Positions 1 to 11,117 of a DNA stretch of 64,000 bases are shown here, one piece after another (the first letter of the stretch is position 1; every line of letters starts with the position of its first letter). The notes under the pieces are model-generated. The model saw nothing but the letters and a program-made list of their open reading frames with translations, did no database searches and was not told where the DNA came from. The DNA is taken from NCBI GenBank assembly GCA_938082545.1, contig CALKCL010000014.1:12286-76285 (forward strand). Direction: 5' to 3'. Source of the DNA: an uncultured Gammaproteobacteria bacterium (lineage in GTDB: Bacteria; Pseudomonadota; Gammaproteobacteria; Ga0077536). A program made the translations under genes and the position numbers.

Positions 1-1254
1 GATATTGCAGCTGAGTACGACCGCAAAGCCTTTGGCGCGATTGATCGGAAAGGTAACTTCTCTCTCTATCATGCGACGGCAGAACGACGTGTTTTTTCTG
101 GTACTTTAGGAACTCAAGCACTATCTGAGGGGATTAAGTTTTCTCCTAGAGCCGATGCCATCACTTTTCGATCTGAAAATGGCAGTATTGGGATGGTTGA
201 AGTACATAACGAGCACCCTGAAGTTTCATTTTCGGCTTTGTGGCAGGAAGTATGGTATGAAAGTCGCGATAAACCTCTATATGTCTGGCAATCTTCAGCT
301 TCTAATAATGATTTCGAACCTAAGTTTAGCCTAACTCCCCTAGCTTACGGTACATTAAAGGCTACTTTCTATTCTATGTTATTTGCTATCCCGCTGGCGG
401 TATTGGGTGCTATTTACACGGCATACTTCATGTCAGCCGGAATGCGCAAGATTGTTAAGCCTTCCATAGAGATCATGGCTGCATTACCTACTGTTATTTT
501 AGGGTTTTTAGCTGGACTTTGGCTGGCTCCATTAATTGAGCGTTATTTGCCAGGTTTTACAATGTCTCTACTGGTTATGCCCATGATGGTATTGCTGGCT
601 GCTTTTACCTGGGCTTGGCTCCCTTCAAGATGGAAAATTATAGATATGGATGGGCGGGAAGGACTATTTTTGGTGCCTATTCTCTTAATTGGTGCTTATT
701 TGAGCTTTATTCTTGGAGAGTTTATCCAGATCTACTTTTTTGACGGTAGCTTAACGCATTGGATGGCGACAGCTTGGGGTGTTACTTATGATCAACGTAA
801 TTCTCTTGTGGTCGGGATAGCGATAGGTTTTGCGGTGATTCCGACAATATTTTCTATAAGCGAGGATGCTGTTTTTGGTGTTCCTCACTCTCTGACGCAA
901 GGGTCTTTGGCTCTAGGGGCAACGCGATGGCAAACGGCTCTAAGAGTGATCCTGTTGACGGCGAGCCCAGGTATTTTTTCCGCCATAATGATCGGTATGG
1001 GTAGAGCAGTTGGCGAAACAATGATTGTGTTGATGGCCACTGGTAATACACCGATCATGGATCTCAATATTTTTGAAGGATTTAGAGCCTTGTCGGCAAA
1101 TATTGCAGTTGAAATGCCTGAAGCAGAGGTAGCAAGCACCCACTACCGAATTCTTTTTCTTGCGGCACTTGTTTTGTTTTTGGTGACCTTCATGGTTAAT
1201 ACTGTTGCTGAAGTAGTGCGCCAGAGACTAAGACAGAAGTATTCGAGCTTATAA
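1..1254 (+). CDS. pstC: Phosphate ABC transporter permease PstC (5'-truncated, long form)
   Basis: Frame is open from base 1 (gat att gca...), so the true start lies upstream of the window. C-terminal ABC permease motifs ([20 protein letters not shown]). Followed by pstA/pstB/phoU. Confidence 0.93.
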   Translation, partial: DIAAEYDRKAFGAIDRKGNFSLYHATAERRVFSGTLGTQALSEGIKFSPRADAITFRSENGSIGMVEVHNEHPEVSFSALWQEVWYESRDKPLYVWQSSASNNDFEPKFSLTPLAYGTLKATFYSMLFAIPLAVLGAIYTAYFMSAGMRKIVKPSIEIMAALPTVILGFLAGLWLAPLIERYLPGFTMSLLVMPMMVLLAAFTWAWLPSRWKIIDMDGREGLFLVPILLIGAYLSFILGEFIQIYFFDGSLTHWMATAWGVTYDQRNSLVVGIAIGFAVIPTIFSISEDAVFGVPHSLTQGSLALGATRWQTALRVILLTASPGIFSAIMIGMGRAVGETMIVLMATGNTPIMDLNIFEGFRALSANIAVEMPEAEVASTHYRILFLAALVLFLVTFMVNTVAEVVRQRLRQKYSSL

Positions 1255-1269
1255 CCAAGTGCAGGAAAA

Positions 1270-2943
1270 ATGAAGAAAAATTCATCTATAAAGCTTTGGC
1301 TAAACAGTGGTGCTCCAGGAATTTGGATGACAGCCGCAACGGTTAGCTTCTGTCTTATTATGGTCTTTGGGCTTCTTGGTTTGATTATGTTTGAGGGCTT
1401 GGGACATTTTTGGCCAAAGAATAGCGTGATGTTAGAGATGAAAAGCGCTAACTCTGAGATAGGCTACGAGTTGGGGGAGATAGTAGATAGAGAGACGGTG
1501 CCCGCTGAACAGGTTCGTGCTTTGGGGATTTTTGTTCCAGAGGGGCAAGTCGCAGTCGATCGAATTTTACTAAAAACAGGGAATCGAGATGTTGCTGGGT
1601 TTGATTTTCATTGGTATGCAACGACGCAATTTATCCGTCTTGAATACCCGTTAGCCGCTTTCACTGCCGAACGAGAGGAATGGGGAAATTTCTATGGATT
1701 TGCTAAAGATCTAGAGCAGGACGGCCAAAAGCTTAACTTAGGAGATCAACTCTGGCCTGAGATAGAACGTCGATTGGATAGGAAAAACGAGTTGAAGGAT
1801 AGGATTAATCATCTCCAGAAAAAAGAAATGGGGAAAGTGAATCATAATATTGAACGATTGAGGCTAAGGAGCAAGAAACTTGATTTAGCGCAAGTGGGTC
1901 TGAACGATTCTCGATATTCTGAAATTACAGAGGAACGTCTAACATGGGACAAACGCTATCAAGCCCTTAACCACGAATTAGCAGAATTGTATTCCGAAAT
2001 GTCTCGAGACACACTGGTCGCGTCCACTGCGGCTGGACAAACGTTAAAACTGCCATTTAGCACCCTCATTAATGTCTTTCAACCGAACCGCATGAGTGTG
2101 CTTGAGAAGTTGGGACATTATTTCATGAAGGTTGGGGAATTTGTCTTCGATGACCCTCGGGAGGCAAATACGGAAGGAGGAGTGTTTCCCGCAATCTTCG
2201 GAACAGTGATGATGGTGATGCTGATGTCGGTAATTGTGACCCCATTTGGTGTTGTCGCTGCAATTTATTTGCATGAGTATGCTCACCAAGGTCGGTGGAC
2301 ACAGATTATTCGTATTGCCGTGAACAATTTGGCAGGGGTCCCGTCAATTGTTTACGGTGTTTTTGGTTTAGGTTTTTTTGTGTATATAGTGGGTGGTTCA
2401 ATAGACAAGCTACTATTCCCCGCTTTACTGCCTGCACCTACTTTTGGCACCCCAGGTTTGCTATGGTCGTCTCTGACACTTGCATTGCTCACTGTACCGG
2501 TAGTTATAGTTGCTACGGAAGAAGGGCTGTCGAGGATTCCGCGAAACATTCGCGAGGGAAGCTTAGCCTTAGGTGCTACAAAAGCTGAGACTCTTTGGAG
2601 GACAGTTCTCCCTATGGCGACACCTGCGATGATTACAGGGTTGATTCTCGCAGTCGCAAGGGCGGCAGGGGAAGTGGCGCCTTTAATGATGGTTGGAGTC
2701 GTGAAGATGGCCCCTGCTCTTCCGCTGGATACGAATTTCCCCTACTTGCATTTAGACCAAAAATTCATGCATTTAGGATTTCATATATATGATGTGGGAT
2801 TTCAGAGCCCAAATGTTGAGGCTGCCAGGCCGCTTGTATATGCAACCTCGCTTTTATTAGTAGTAATAATTATTGCATTAAACTTAACAGCAATAATTGT
2901 ACGAAACAGGCTGCGTGAAAAATATGATAGTGCCGAATCATAA
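1270..2943 (+). CDS. pstA: Phosphate ABC transporter permease PstA with long N-terminal periplasmic/coiled-coil extension
   Basis: [36 protein letters not shown] and [10 protein letters not shown] motifs; operon context. Confidence 0.93.
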   Translation: MKKNSSIKLWLNSGAPGIWMTAATVSFCLIMVFGLLGLIMFEGLGHFWPKNSVMLEMKSANSEIGYELGEIVDRETVPAEQVRALGIFVPEGQVAVDRILLKTGNRDVAGFDFHWYATTQFIRLEYPLAAFTAEREEWGNFYGFAKDLEQDGQKLNLGDQLWPEIERRLDRKNELKDRINHLQKKEMGKVNHNIERLRLRSKKLDLAQVGLNDSRYSEITEERLTWDKRYQALNHELAELYSEMSRDTLVASTAAGQTLKLPFSTLINVFQPNRMSVLEKLGHYFMKVGEFVFDDPREANTEGGVFPAIFGTVMMVMLMSVIVTPFGVVAAIYLHEYAHQGRWTQIIRIAVNNLAGVPSIVYGVFGLGFFVYIVGGSIDKLLFPALLPAPTFGTPGLLWSSLTLALLTVPVVIVATEEGLSRIPRNIREGSLALGATKAETLWRTVLPMATPAMITGLILAVARAAGEVAPLMMVGVVKMAPALPLDTNFPYLHLDQKFMHLGFHIYDVGFQSPNVEAARPLVYATSLLLVVIIIALNLTAIIVRNRLREKYDSAES

Positions 2944-2951
2944 GGATTAAT

Positions 2952-3791
2952 ATGGTTACAAATAATCAAGTCAAACCAACAAGCGCATTAGATTCGATAA
3001 AGATAGATGTAGACCGCGCCGGCCCGACGATTAAGCCTCAGACATGCTTGCATGTAGACGGCTTGGACTTATTTTATGGAGATTCACAGGCATTAAACAA
3101 CATTAAAATGTCTATTGCAGAGAAGAAGGTGACGGCGTTTATAGGTCCTTCTGGATGCGGGAAATCTACTCTTTTAAGATGCTTCAATCGAATGAATGAT
3201 TTGATAAGTTCTGTGCGAATAACAGGGAAAGTGCACCTTAAGGAACAAGATATATATGCTAAAGAGGTAAATGTTGCGTTACTGAGGCAAAGGGTAGGGA
3301 TGGTTTTCCAAAAGCCTAATCCTTTCCCTAAATCGATTTATGATAATGTTGCTTACGGCCTCCGCATTCAAGGTATTAAAGGAAGGAAGATACTAGACGA
3401 GGCGGTGGAGAGAGCATTACGTTCAGCCGCCTTATGGGAGGAGGTTAAGGACAGGTTGACTGAGTCGGCATTGGGGCTCTCGGGTGGACAACAACAACGC
3501 CTCGTAATTGCCCGTGCGATAGCAATTGAGCCGGAAGTTTTGTTACTAGATGAACCAGCGTCGGCGCTGGACCCTATTTCGACCTTGAAAATCGAAGAAT
3601 TAATTTATGAGCTAAAGAACGATTACACGATTGTAATCGTGACGCACAATATGCAACAAGCCGCTAGAGTTTCTGATTACACTGCTTTCATGTATCTTGG
3701 CGACCTTATTGAGTTTGGAGATACAACAACTATTTTTACGAGGCCAGCGGAGAAAAAAACCGAAGATTACATCACAGGCCGGTACGGATGA
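2952..3791 (+). CDS. pstB: Phosphate ABC transporter ATP-binding protein PstB
   Basis: Walker [36 protein letters not shown], and C-terminal YITGRYG. Confidence 0.97.
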   Translation: MVTNNQVKPTSALDSIKIDVDRAGPTIKPQTCLHVDGLDLFYGDSQALNNIKMSIAEKKVTAFIGPSGCGKSTLLRCFNRMNDLISSVRITGKVHLKEQDIYAKEVNVALLRQRVGMVFQKPNPFPKSIYDNVAYGLRIQGIKGRKILDEAVERALRSAALWEEVKDRLTESALGLSGGQQQRLVIARAIAIEPEVLLLDEPASALDPISTLKIEELIYELKNDYTIVIVTHNMQQAARVSDYTAFMYLGDLIEFGDTTTIFTRPAEKKTEDYITGRYG

Positions 3792-3852
3792 ATTATTCGC
3801 ATGCCCGCTTTGTTTTGGGTATAGTCATTTCAATCGATCTGGGAGCGATAAT

Positions 3853-4572
3853 ATGAGTACTAGTAGGCTGCCTAATCATATATCTCAACAATTTGACAAT
3901 GAGCTCCAAGATATACGCTCGAAAGTCCTGTCCATGGGAGGACTGGTCGAGCAGCACCTGGAGAAAGTGCTGTCTTTCTTTTCCAAAGGTGAATTAGAAG
4001 GCGCAGAGTATGTCGCTGTTAGCGATCACCTGATTAATGCCCTTGAAGTTGAGATTGACCAAGATTGCAGTGATGTTTTGGTGAGGAGACAGCCTGCTGC
4101 CATGGATTTGAGGCTAGTCTTAGCTGTGAGTAAGACAATCACTGATTTAGAGCGCATGGGCGATGAGATTGAAAAGATTGCTCGACTGATTACCCACGAA
4201 CCAACAGTCTTATCCGATAATTCATATTACCATTCTGCTTCTACTCTAGGAAAACATGTCGCTCTAATGGTCAGGAACTCTTTAGACACTTTTGCTCGTA
4301 TGGATTCTGGTGGGGCATTGCAAGTTGCTATGGCCGACAGAGAGATCGATGTAGAAACTAGCGCTATCTTGCGCGAATTAATGACGTACATGATAGAAGA
4401 TCCAAGAAAAATTTCTCCAGTTCTAGATGTGATTCTTGCGGTTAGGGCACTCGAGCGCGTTGGGGATCACGCGAAAAATGTTGCAGAGAATGTAATTTAT
4501 TTAGTCGAAGGTAGGAATGTGCGTCACGTATCTTTGGAGCAGATTCAAAAAGAGTTAGAGGAGCGAGACTAG
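3853..4572 (+). CDS. phoU: Phosphate signalling protein PhoU
   Basis: HISQQF..EL, RRQPAAMDLR, DLERMGD and LERVGDHAKN motifs. Start set at ATG 3853 after GGGAG; the ORF-track start at 3697 overlaps pstB. Confidence 0.95.
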   Translation: MSTSRLPNHISQQFDNELQDIRSKVLSMGGLVEQHLEKVLSFFSKGELEGAEYVAVSDHLINALEVEIDQDCSDVLVRRQPAAMDLRLVLAVSKTITDLERMGDEIEKIARLITHEPTVLSDNSYYHSASTLGKHVALMVRNSLDTFARMDSGGALQVAMADREIDVETSAILRELMTYMIEDPRKISPVLDVILAVRALERVGDHAKNVAENVIYLVEGRNVRHVSLEQIQKELEERD

Positions 4573-4581
4573 TCGGTGCAA

Positions 4582-5883
4582 TCACTCTTTTTCTTGAAGG
4601 GCTTCCTCCAATGGGAAGTCGATACTGAAGCAGCTACCAACCCCCACTTTGCTGACGATCCGTAAGGACGCGCCATGCCGTCTGGCAATATGTTTAACTA
4701 TGGCAAGCCCTAGGCCGTTTCCTGCGCCATCTGAGAGTCGAGAACGTGACCCATCGATCTTATAAAATCGCTCAGTGACTCTATTTAGGTGCTCTGGAGC
4801 GATTCCAATTCCATTATCTTCCACTTCAAATGAGATGCACTTGGCTTTCTTGCCCCAGCGAACGACAACTGTACCGCCATCAGGAGTATAGTGGATGGCA
4901 TTAAATATAAGGTTCGAAAAAGCGCTATATAGCTCTTGTTTACTTCCTAAAATTGTTGTGTTTTGGTCGATTTGGATTTGAAGGCCTAGATTTTTGTTTG
5001 CTGCTAGCGCCTGTCCTGCTGAGCAGGCAGCGGTGATGGTTTTTTCACCGTCCACTTTCTCGATTTGGGACAAAGGCCGGCCTGCATCGAGCCGAGAGAG
5101 CTCTAAAAGTGAGTTGACTAGTTCTGACATCTGGTTGGCATGAACTTTCATATGTTCTAAAGCAGGCAGCCATTCCATTGGGGCTTTGTCATGCTGTTCG
5201 GTTAGCATTTCGGCATATCCTTTGAGCACAGTCAGAGGCGTTTTGAGTTCATGAGATACATTTGCCACGAAATCGCTACGCGCTTGGTTCGCTTGGCGAA
5301 TAAGTGTGGTATCTCTCGCTAGTAATACTCGATGGGTATCGTTAAAAGGGCCTAGCAGAAGCGATAAATAGGCGTTTGATTTGGTGGGGCTCGCTATATC
5401 TAGTATTTCTTCTTCTGTGTGGTTTTCTTCGATGAAAGCTCTGACTAACGGGAGTCTGACTAAGTTTGTTATCCGTTGTTTTTTATCCTCAGGCCAACGA
5501 ACATCTAAGTATTTTTTCGCTGCAGGGTTAGCCCACTCAACTTCGTCTGAAAAGTTTAGTATCACTATTGCATCCGGCCATGCGCTGGTCGCTGCTTCAA
5601 ATTGTCTTAAGACTCCGGAGAGCTTTTTCCGACGTCTTTGATGGCTAAGAAAAAGCTGGTTTAGAGAGTAGGATAAGTCCTCAAAGATCCCAGATCTCCC
5701 AGATAGTTCCGAGCCACTTCGCCCACCGATCCATTTAGAGAGAAGGTGCAGATCAAAGTGGATTCTCGCGATATAGAGGAGGAGGGCTAATATTAAGCTG
5801 AACGTTAAGGAGTCTAATAACAGTCCGCACATCGATCCAATGAGCAGGAAACTTACTAAGCGCCAGAAGTCTCCTATTTTCAT
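4582..5883 (-). CDS. phoR: Phosphate regulon sensor kinase PhoR
   Basis: N-terminal TM, PAS-like region, H-box FVANVSHELKTPLT, N-box NLIFNAIHY, G boxes; lies downstream of phoB. Confidence 0.94.
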   Translation of the reverse strand: MKIGDFWRLVSFLLIGSMCGLLLDSLTFSLILALLLYIARIHFDLHLLSKWIGGRSGSELSGRSGIFEDLSYSLNQLFLSHQRRRKKLSGVLRQFEAATSAWPDAIVILNFSDEVEWANPAAKKYLDVRWPEDKKQRITNLVRLPLVRAFIEENHTEEEILDIASPTKSNAYLSLLLGPFNDTHRVLLARDTTLIRQANQARSDFVANVSHELKTPLTVLKGYAEMLTEQHDKAPMEWLPALEHMKVHANQMSELVNSLLELSRLDAGRPLSQIEKVDGEKTITAACSAGQALAANKNLGLQIQIDQNTTILGSKQELYSAFSNLIFNAIHYTPDGGTVVVRWGKKAKCISFEVEDNGIGIAPEHLNRVTERFYKIDGSRSRLSDGAGNGLGLAIVKHIARRHGASLRIVSKVGVGSCFSIDFPLEEALQEKE

Positions 5884-5940
5884 TTAATTATCCGTATATG
5901 ATGTTGCGACTAGAGAGTATCACTTGTTTTTAGCCCCCCG

Positions 5941-6636
5941 TCAGCCGAATGTTTCGCTAAACAAGTATCCAGAACCTCTGACGGTTTGAATCAGGTTGTC
6001 TGACTTATACGGCTCAAGAATTTTTCGAAGCCTTCGTATATGGACGTCTACGGTACGATCTTCGATGAAAGTATTGGTTCCCCAGACTTGATCGAGCAAC
6101 TGATTTCGCGAATATACTCGATCAGGGTGACTCATAAAGAAATGTAGTAATTTGAATTCGAGAGGGCTAAGTATTAATCGCTCATCACCACAAAAAGCTC
6201 GTCGAGATTTCAATTCTAAACGAAGTGTTGCTATTTTTAGGGTATCCGATGCCTCAGAATCTGGGTCCGAGCGCCGAAGAAGAGCTCGGATTCTAGCAAT
6301 TAGCTCGGGCGTAGAGAATGGCTTCGTTATGTAATCATCTGCGCCCGCATCAAGTGCAGTAACTTTGTCCTCTTCTTCGCTTTTTGCAGTTAAAAGAATA
6401 ATTGGTATTGATCTGGTGTTTGGAGTTTTCTTCAATCTACGGGTGAATTCTAAGCCGCTTAGGCCGGGCATCATCCAGTCTAGAAGAATTAAGTCAGGGG
6501 TAAGGTTTTCTAGTATTTCAAATGCTGCGCCCACATTAGCAACCTCTAAGCTATTATAGCCTTCTTGGGTGAGCACCATAGACAACATTTGTCGAATCGC
6601 GGCTTCATCTTCTACTATTAGTATTTTTGCTGCCAT
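5941..6636 (-). CDS. phoB: Phosphate regulon response regulator PhoB
   Basis: Receiver domain (VEDE, LLDWMMPG) and winged helix DRTVDVHIRRLRK, TVRGSGY. Confidence 0.96.
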   Translation of the reverse strand: MAAKILIVEDEAAIRQMLSMVLTQEGYNSLEVANVGAAFEILENLTPDLILLDWMMPGLSGLEFTRRLKKTPNTRSIPIILLTAKSEEEDKVTALDAGADDYITKPFSTPELIARIRALLRRSDPDSEASDTLKIATLRLELKSRRAFCGDERLILSPLEFKLLHFFMSHPDRVYSRNQLLDQVWGTNTFIEDRTVDVHIRRLRKILEPYKSDNLIQTVRGSGYLFSETFG

Positions 6637-6671
6637 AATTTAATTACATGAGGGTGTCAGTAATGACTATT

Positions 6672-6706
6672 ATTATAGCAACGAAATCATTACAGGTTTG
6701 TTACCT
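6672..6706 (-). promoter_or_regulatory. Putative Pho box plus -10 element upstream of phoB
   Basis: Minus strand reads AGGTAAC-AAAC-CTGTAAT (6706-6689), 11 nt, then TATAAT (6677-6672). This resembles the CTGTCAT-N4-CTGTCAT box that replaces the -35 in PhoB-activated promoters; the left half is degenerate. Confidence 0.55.
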
Positions 6707-6938
6707 TTTCTATTAGACCTCGCAGAAGGGATTTAGCTCTATGGAAGTCCGCGACTTTTCAGTAAACCTTTTACGAATTAGGCCAATATTTAAAATATGA
6801 AAGCAGTTTGTTTTGCCTGAACATGCAGCGATCCTGTATGCTCTTGATCGTAACAGTCAAGACTCCTTTTTAAGATTAACTATATTCTACAGAGCGGCCG
6901 GAGAAGTAAATTTTCGGGTTGCTGGAGAGATGTTTGAA

Positions 6939-9542
6939 ATGCAGGATTTCCTGAAAGATCGCTATGACCCGCAGAAAATAGAGCTGGCAGTCCAGAAAGA
7001 TTGGCATGATAGAGAGGTTTTCAAGGTACAGGAAGATTCTTCTCGTGAAAAATTTTATTGCCTTTCTATGTTCCCCTATCCTAGTGGTCGCTTGCATATG
7101 GGGCATGTGCGTAATTATACAATTGGTGATGTAATTTCCCGTTATCAACGGATGAATGGGAAAAATGTAATGCAACCAATGGGTTGGGATGCATTCGGCT
7201 TGCCTGCGGAGAATGCCGCTATTGAAAATGGGACCCATCCCGCCGCATGGACCAAAGAAAACATCGCCTATATGCGTGATCAACTAAAGAGATTGGGTTT
7301 TGGCTATGACTGGTCACGCGAGCTCGCAACGTGTGAGCCTGACTATTATCGTTGGGAGCAATGGTTTTTTACTAAGCTTTACGAGCAAGGGCTAGTCTAT
7401 AGAAAAACGGCCGCCGTCAATTGGGATCCGGTTGATCAGACTGTGCTGGCAAACGAACAGGTCATTGATGGGCGTGGCTGGAGATCCGGTGCGTTGGTTG
7501 AGCGGAAGGAAATCCCACAGTGGTTTTTGAAAATCACAGAGTATGCTGAGGAGTTGCTTAGTGAGCTAGACACGATGGATGAATGGCCGGCTGCCGTGAA
7601 AACCATGCAGAGAAATTGGATTGGTAAGTCAGAAGGTTTGGCCTTGAAGTTTTCAATTGAAAATGAACAGGGAGAGCTTGAAGTCTTTACTACTAGGCCG
7701 GATACGATTTTTGGGGTTAGTTATATGGCTGTTGCGCCAGAGCACCCTATAGCAGTCCAAGCAGCTAAAAATAATTCTGACTTAGTGACATTTCTAGAAG
7801 TATGTAAAAGTCAGGGAACTTCGGAAGCGGTTGTGGAAAAAATGGAAAAAAAAGGCATGCCGTTAGACCTGTATGCGATTCATCCCATGACAGGAGAGCG
7901 GATCCCTATATGGGTCGCTAATTTCGTGCTAATGACATACGGAACTGGCGCTGTTATGGCGGTGCCTGCACACGATCAAAGAGACTGGGAATTTGCTAAG
8001 AAGTACAGATTACCAATACGTCAAGTGATCCAAACAGAAGATGACTCTGCTCTAGCAAATGACTTAGGAGCAGTTTCGGGGTATGGCGTTACTGTAAATA
8101 GCGGGGAATACTCAGGTCTCGCGTTCGATAAAGCCTGTGAATCAATCTGTTCACATCTAGAACTCAAGAAACTAGGGCATCGCCAGGTGCAGTATCGATT
8201 GCGGGATTGGCTAGTGTCGCGGCAACGCTATTGGGGCTGCCCTATCCCAATTATGTATGACGACGAAGGGAAAGAAATAGCGGTTGCGGGAGACGCCTTA
8301 CCTGTTTTGTTACCGAAAGACTTAAATCTAGATGGGTCGCCATCCCCTCTTTCAAAGGCATCTGATTTTCTCAATGTGACTTTGCCTGATGGGCGGATGG
8401 TTCGGCGTGAGACCGATACGTTTGATACTTTTTTTGAATCATCGTGGTATTTCTCACGTTTCTGTTGTCCTGATCAATCTACGAAGATGCTTGACGACCG
8501 AGCGAATTACTGGATGCCGGTAGATATTTATATTGGGGGAATTGAGCACGCAGTTTTACATCTTCTTTACGCACGTTTTTTTCACAAAGTAATGCGTGAT
8601 GCTGGCTTGGTTACATCCAGTGAACCTTTTAAGCGACTTCTTACGCAAGGGATGGTATGCAAAGAGACCTATTTTAGGGATGGAGAGAATGGAAGGAAGA
8701 AATACTTCAGTCCCGAGCAGGTAGAAGTCGAGCTTGACTCTAAGGGGCGACCGGTCAGTGCTCTACTCAGAGAGGACCAATTAGCTGTGAATATTGGCCC
8801 AGTTGAAAAAATGTCAAAATCGAAAAACAATGGAGTCGACCCACAAGCACTTATAGATACCTATGGGGCAGATACAGTCAGGTTGTATACTATGTTTGCA
8901 GCTCCTCCTGAACATACATTGGAGTGGTCAGATTCTGCCGTAGAGGGCTCTTCACGATTTTTAAAATCACTATGGAGGTTGATTTTAGACCATAAAGCGG
9001 AGAACTCATTTTCTATAACTAAGCCGCCAGCTATCACTTCTGACGAGTTATTAGGCTTGAGGCGACATATTCATCAGGCTATTGTTAAAGTAACAGATGA
9101 TATTGCAAGACGTTATAAGTTCAATACTGCGATCGCAGCTATCATGGAGCTGGTGAATCACTTGGCTCGGTTTGACTCGCATGAGTCTGAGGCTCATGCT
9201 GTTCGTCAGGAGGGGTTTGACGTAGTTGTTAGACTCCTCGCACCGTTTGTGCCTCATGTTTCACAAATACTATGGAATGGGCTTGGTCAAAGTGGTGATT
9301 TGATAGATGTGTCATGGCCCGTTGAGGATAAATCGGCTTTGGAGCTCAATATACTAGAGCTAGTAGTACAAGTTAATGGACGAAAGAGAGCATTAGTGAA
9401 AGTGCCTGTTGCAGCGACAAAAAAAGAGTGTGAAGAGGTAGGGCTGGCTGATGAGAATGTGCGGCGCTTTACTATTGGCCAAACGGTTAAGAAAATAATT
9501 GTAGTGCCCGGGAAACTTATTAACATAGTAGTTGGTGACTAG
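6939..9542 (+). CDS. leuS: Leucyl-tRNA synthetase
   Basis: MFPYPSGRLHMGH (HIGH motif), KMSKS, editing domain TTRPDT. Start is probably ATG 6939 or 6930, after GGAG. Confidence 0.97.
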   Translation: MQDFLKDRYDPQKIELAVQKDWHDREVFKVQEDSSREKFYCLSMFPYPSGRLHMGHVRNYTIGDVISRYQRMNGKNVMQPMGWDAFGLPAENAAIENGTHPAAWTKENIAYMRDQLKRLGFGYDWSRELATCEPDYYRWEQWFFTKLYEQGLVYRKTAAVNWDPVDQTVLANEQVIDGRGWRSGALVERKEIPQWFLKITEYAEELLSELDTMDEWPAAVKTMQRNWIGKSEGLALKFSIENEQGELEVFTTRPDTIFGVSYMAVAPEHPIAVQAAKNNSDLVTFLEVCKSQGTSEAVVEKMEKKGMPLDLYAIHPMTGERIPIWVANFVLMTYGTGAVMAVPAHDQRDWEFAKKYRLPIRQVIQTEDDSALANDLGAVSGYGVTVNSGEYSGLAFDKACESICSHLELKKLGHRQVQYRLRDWLVSRQRYWGCPIPIMYDDEGKEIAVAGDALPVLLPKDLNLDGSPSPLSKASDFLNVTLPDGRMVRRETDTFDTFFESSWYFSRFCCPDQSTKMLDDRANYWMPVDIYIGGIEHAVLHLLYARFFHKVMRDAGLVTSSEPFKRLLTQGMVCKETYFRDGENGRKKYFSPEQVEVELDSKGRPVSALLREDQLAVNIGPVEKMSKSKNNGVDPQALIDTYGADTVRLYTMFAAPPEHTLEWSDSAVEGSSRFLKSLWRLILDHKAENSFSITKPPAITSDELLGLRRHIHQAIVKVTDDIARRYKFNTAIAAIMELVNHLARFDSHESEAHAVRQEGFDVVVRLLAPFVPHVSQILWNGLGQSGDLIDVSWPVEDKSALELNILELVVQVNGRKRALVKVPVAATKKECEEVGLADENVRRFTIGQTVKKIIVVPGKLINIVVGD

Positions 9543-9544
9543 AG

Positions 9545-10057
9545 ATGGTAAGGCTTGGGGTAATATTATTTACGTCTTTTTTGGGATTGACCATGGCTGG
9601 CTGTGGCGGTTGGCAATTGAGAGGGTCAGGTCAAAACACTGTTGCTGATATTACAATCTATGCTGTGGAAAAAAATGCTCGGTCTGTGGGGCGAGCTTTT
9701 CGCGGGCACTGGACTTCTCTGGGAGGAGATTTAGTCGCTATTGGAGAAGCAGACTTCACCTTAGTCATCGAGAAAGAAGATTACGTGCGTAGCCTTCTTT
9801 CTGTTTCACCTGAGACAGGGAAAGCTCGTGAAATTAATCTTAAGCTGGATGTGACATTTAGCATGCGCTCTAAGGACGGAACACTTTTAATAGCCGAACA
9901 AGTCTTTAGTGTCGAAAGAGACTTTATATTTGATGAGACTTCTGTTTACGGCTCTAATGAAAATAGTGCAGTTTTGAGAGAGGCACTAGCCAAATTAGTC
10001 GCTATTGAGATAGCCGTGAGAGCGTCATCTTCGGCTTTTGCTTATCGAGAGAAATAA
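9545..10057 (+). CDS. lptE: LPS assembly lipoprotein LptE
   Basis: Lipobox MAGC followed by GGWQLRG; located between leuS and holA. Confidence 0.88.
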   Translation: MVRLGVILFTSFLGLTMAGCGGWQLRGSGQNTVADITIYAVEKNARSVGRAFRGHWTSLGGDLVAIGEADFTLVIEKEDYVRSLLSVSPETGKAREINLKLDVTFSMRSKDGTLLIAEQVFSVERDFIFDETSVYGSNENSAVLREALAKLVAIEIAVRASSSAFAYREK

Positions 10058-10066
10058 GACGAGTCA

Positions 10067-11113
10067 GTGAAAGTTTCGATTGATAGGTTCAGTGATCAGT
10101 TAGCAAAAGTTGAAGCTTGCAGCCTGTTTTTTTTCTACGGGACAGAGCCCCTGCAGTTGTCAGAGTGTCGCGATAAGGTTCGAGAACGACTTTCGTCCCT
10201 TGCCGTTGGCGATCGTCTTTCTTTTGATATGAAAGATAAAGATGCTTGGGCAAGCTTGGGGGCTGAGCTAAATGCACAATCTCTGTTTGCGTCTACACGA
10301 CTCATCGAAGTTTTTTTAGATGGCAAAAGCATAGACAAGGACGGTTTATCGATACTTGAAAAAATAATAAACTCGTCGAGTCAGGATGATTATTTTGTTT
10401 TTACGGTTCCTATTGCGTCCTCTTTGAAGAAAGCCAAATGGTTTAGCCTCCTTGAGAATGCTGCACTATCAGTCGAATGTCGAGAACTTCAGAGTCGGGA
10501 GGCCGCAGCCTGGATTGGTCGCCGTGCACAACAGTTATTCGGCAAGAAGATCGATTTATCGGTTTGCGAGTTGGTTGCCGACTATTCAGAAGGCAACTTA
10601 CTTGGGGCAGCTCAGGCATTAGAGAAAATTTCTCTAATAGTTGAATCCGAGATAGTAACACTTTCTGATGCTTTGCAAGCTTTGTCAGACAATGCTCGTT
10701 TTGATAGTTACCAATTAATTGATGCTCTTTTAAAAGGTGATTTCCCTAGGGCGATACGTGTCTTAAGAGGATTAAAAGGAATTGGTTCGGAGCCTGTTTT
10801 AATTGTGTGGGCTCTAAGTAGGGAGCTGCGCCAATTAGTTTTGATGAGTGAAAAAATAGTTGAGGGCGCTTCTGTTTTGCAAGTGATCGATCAATTTCGG
10901 ATTTGGGGAAATCGGAAGGTAGCCGCTGAGAAAATTTTAAGCCGTAAGTCTCTTGAGGAGTTGCGTGTTCTTCTTATTCGGTTACATTATTTTGATACGA
11001 TAGTAAAAGGTGCGCGTGCTGGGAGTGTTTGGGACGAAATTGAAATATTCTCAATGGAAATTTGCGATATCATTGATATGAATCATTATGCGACAGAATT
11101 GTTTAAGGCTTGA
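10067..11113 (+). CDS. holA: DNA polymerase III subunit delta
   Basis: YGTEPL, SLFASTRLIE and EGNLLGAAQALEK motifs; leuS-lptE-holA synteny; GTG start. Confidence 0.9.
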   Translation: MKVSIDRFSDQLAKVEACSLFFFYGTEPLQLSECRDKVRERLSSLAVGDRLSFDMKDKDAWASLGAELNAQSLFASTRLIEVFLDGKSIDKDGLSILEKIINSSSQDDYFVFTVPIASSLKKAKWFSLLENAALSVECRELQSREAAAWIGRRAQQLFGKKIDLSVCELVADYSEGNLLGAAQALEKISLIVESEIVTLSDALQALSDNARFDSYQLIDALLKGDFPRAIRVLRGLKGIGSEPVLIVWALSRELRQLVLMSEKIVEGASVLQVIDQFRIWGNRKVAAEKILSRKSLEELRVLLIRLHYFDTIVKGARAGSVWDEIEIFSMEICDIIDMNHYATELFKA

Positions 11114-11117
11114 GTGT

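Noticed and set aside
3697..3852. N-terminal extension of PhoU in the ORF track
   Set aside because: It overlaps pstB. PhoU similarity and the RBS begin at ATG 3853. The extensions of leuS (6813), proA (11088), maf (13829) and trpC (52967) were rejected for the same kind of reason.
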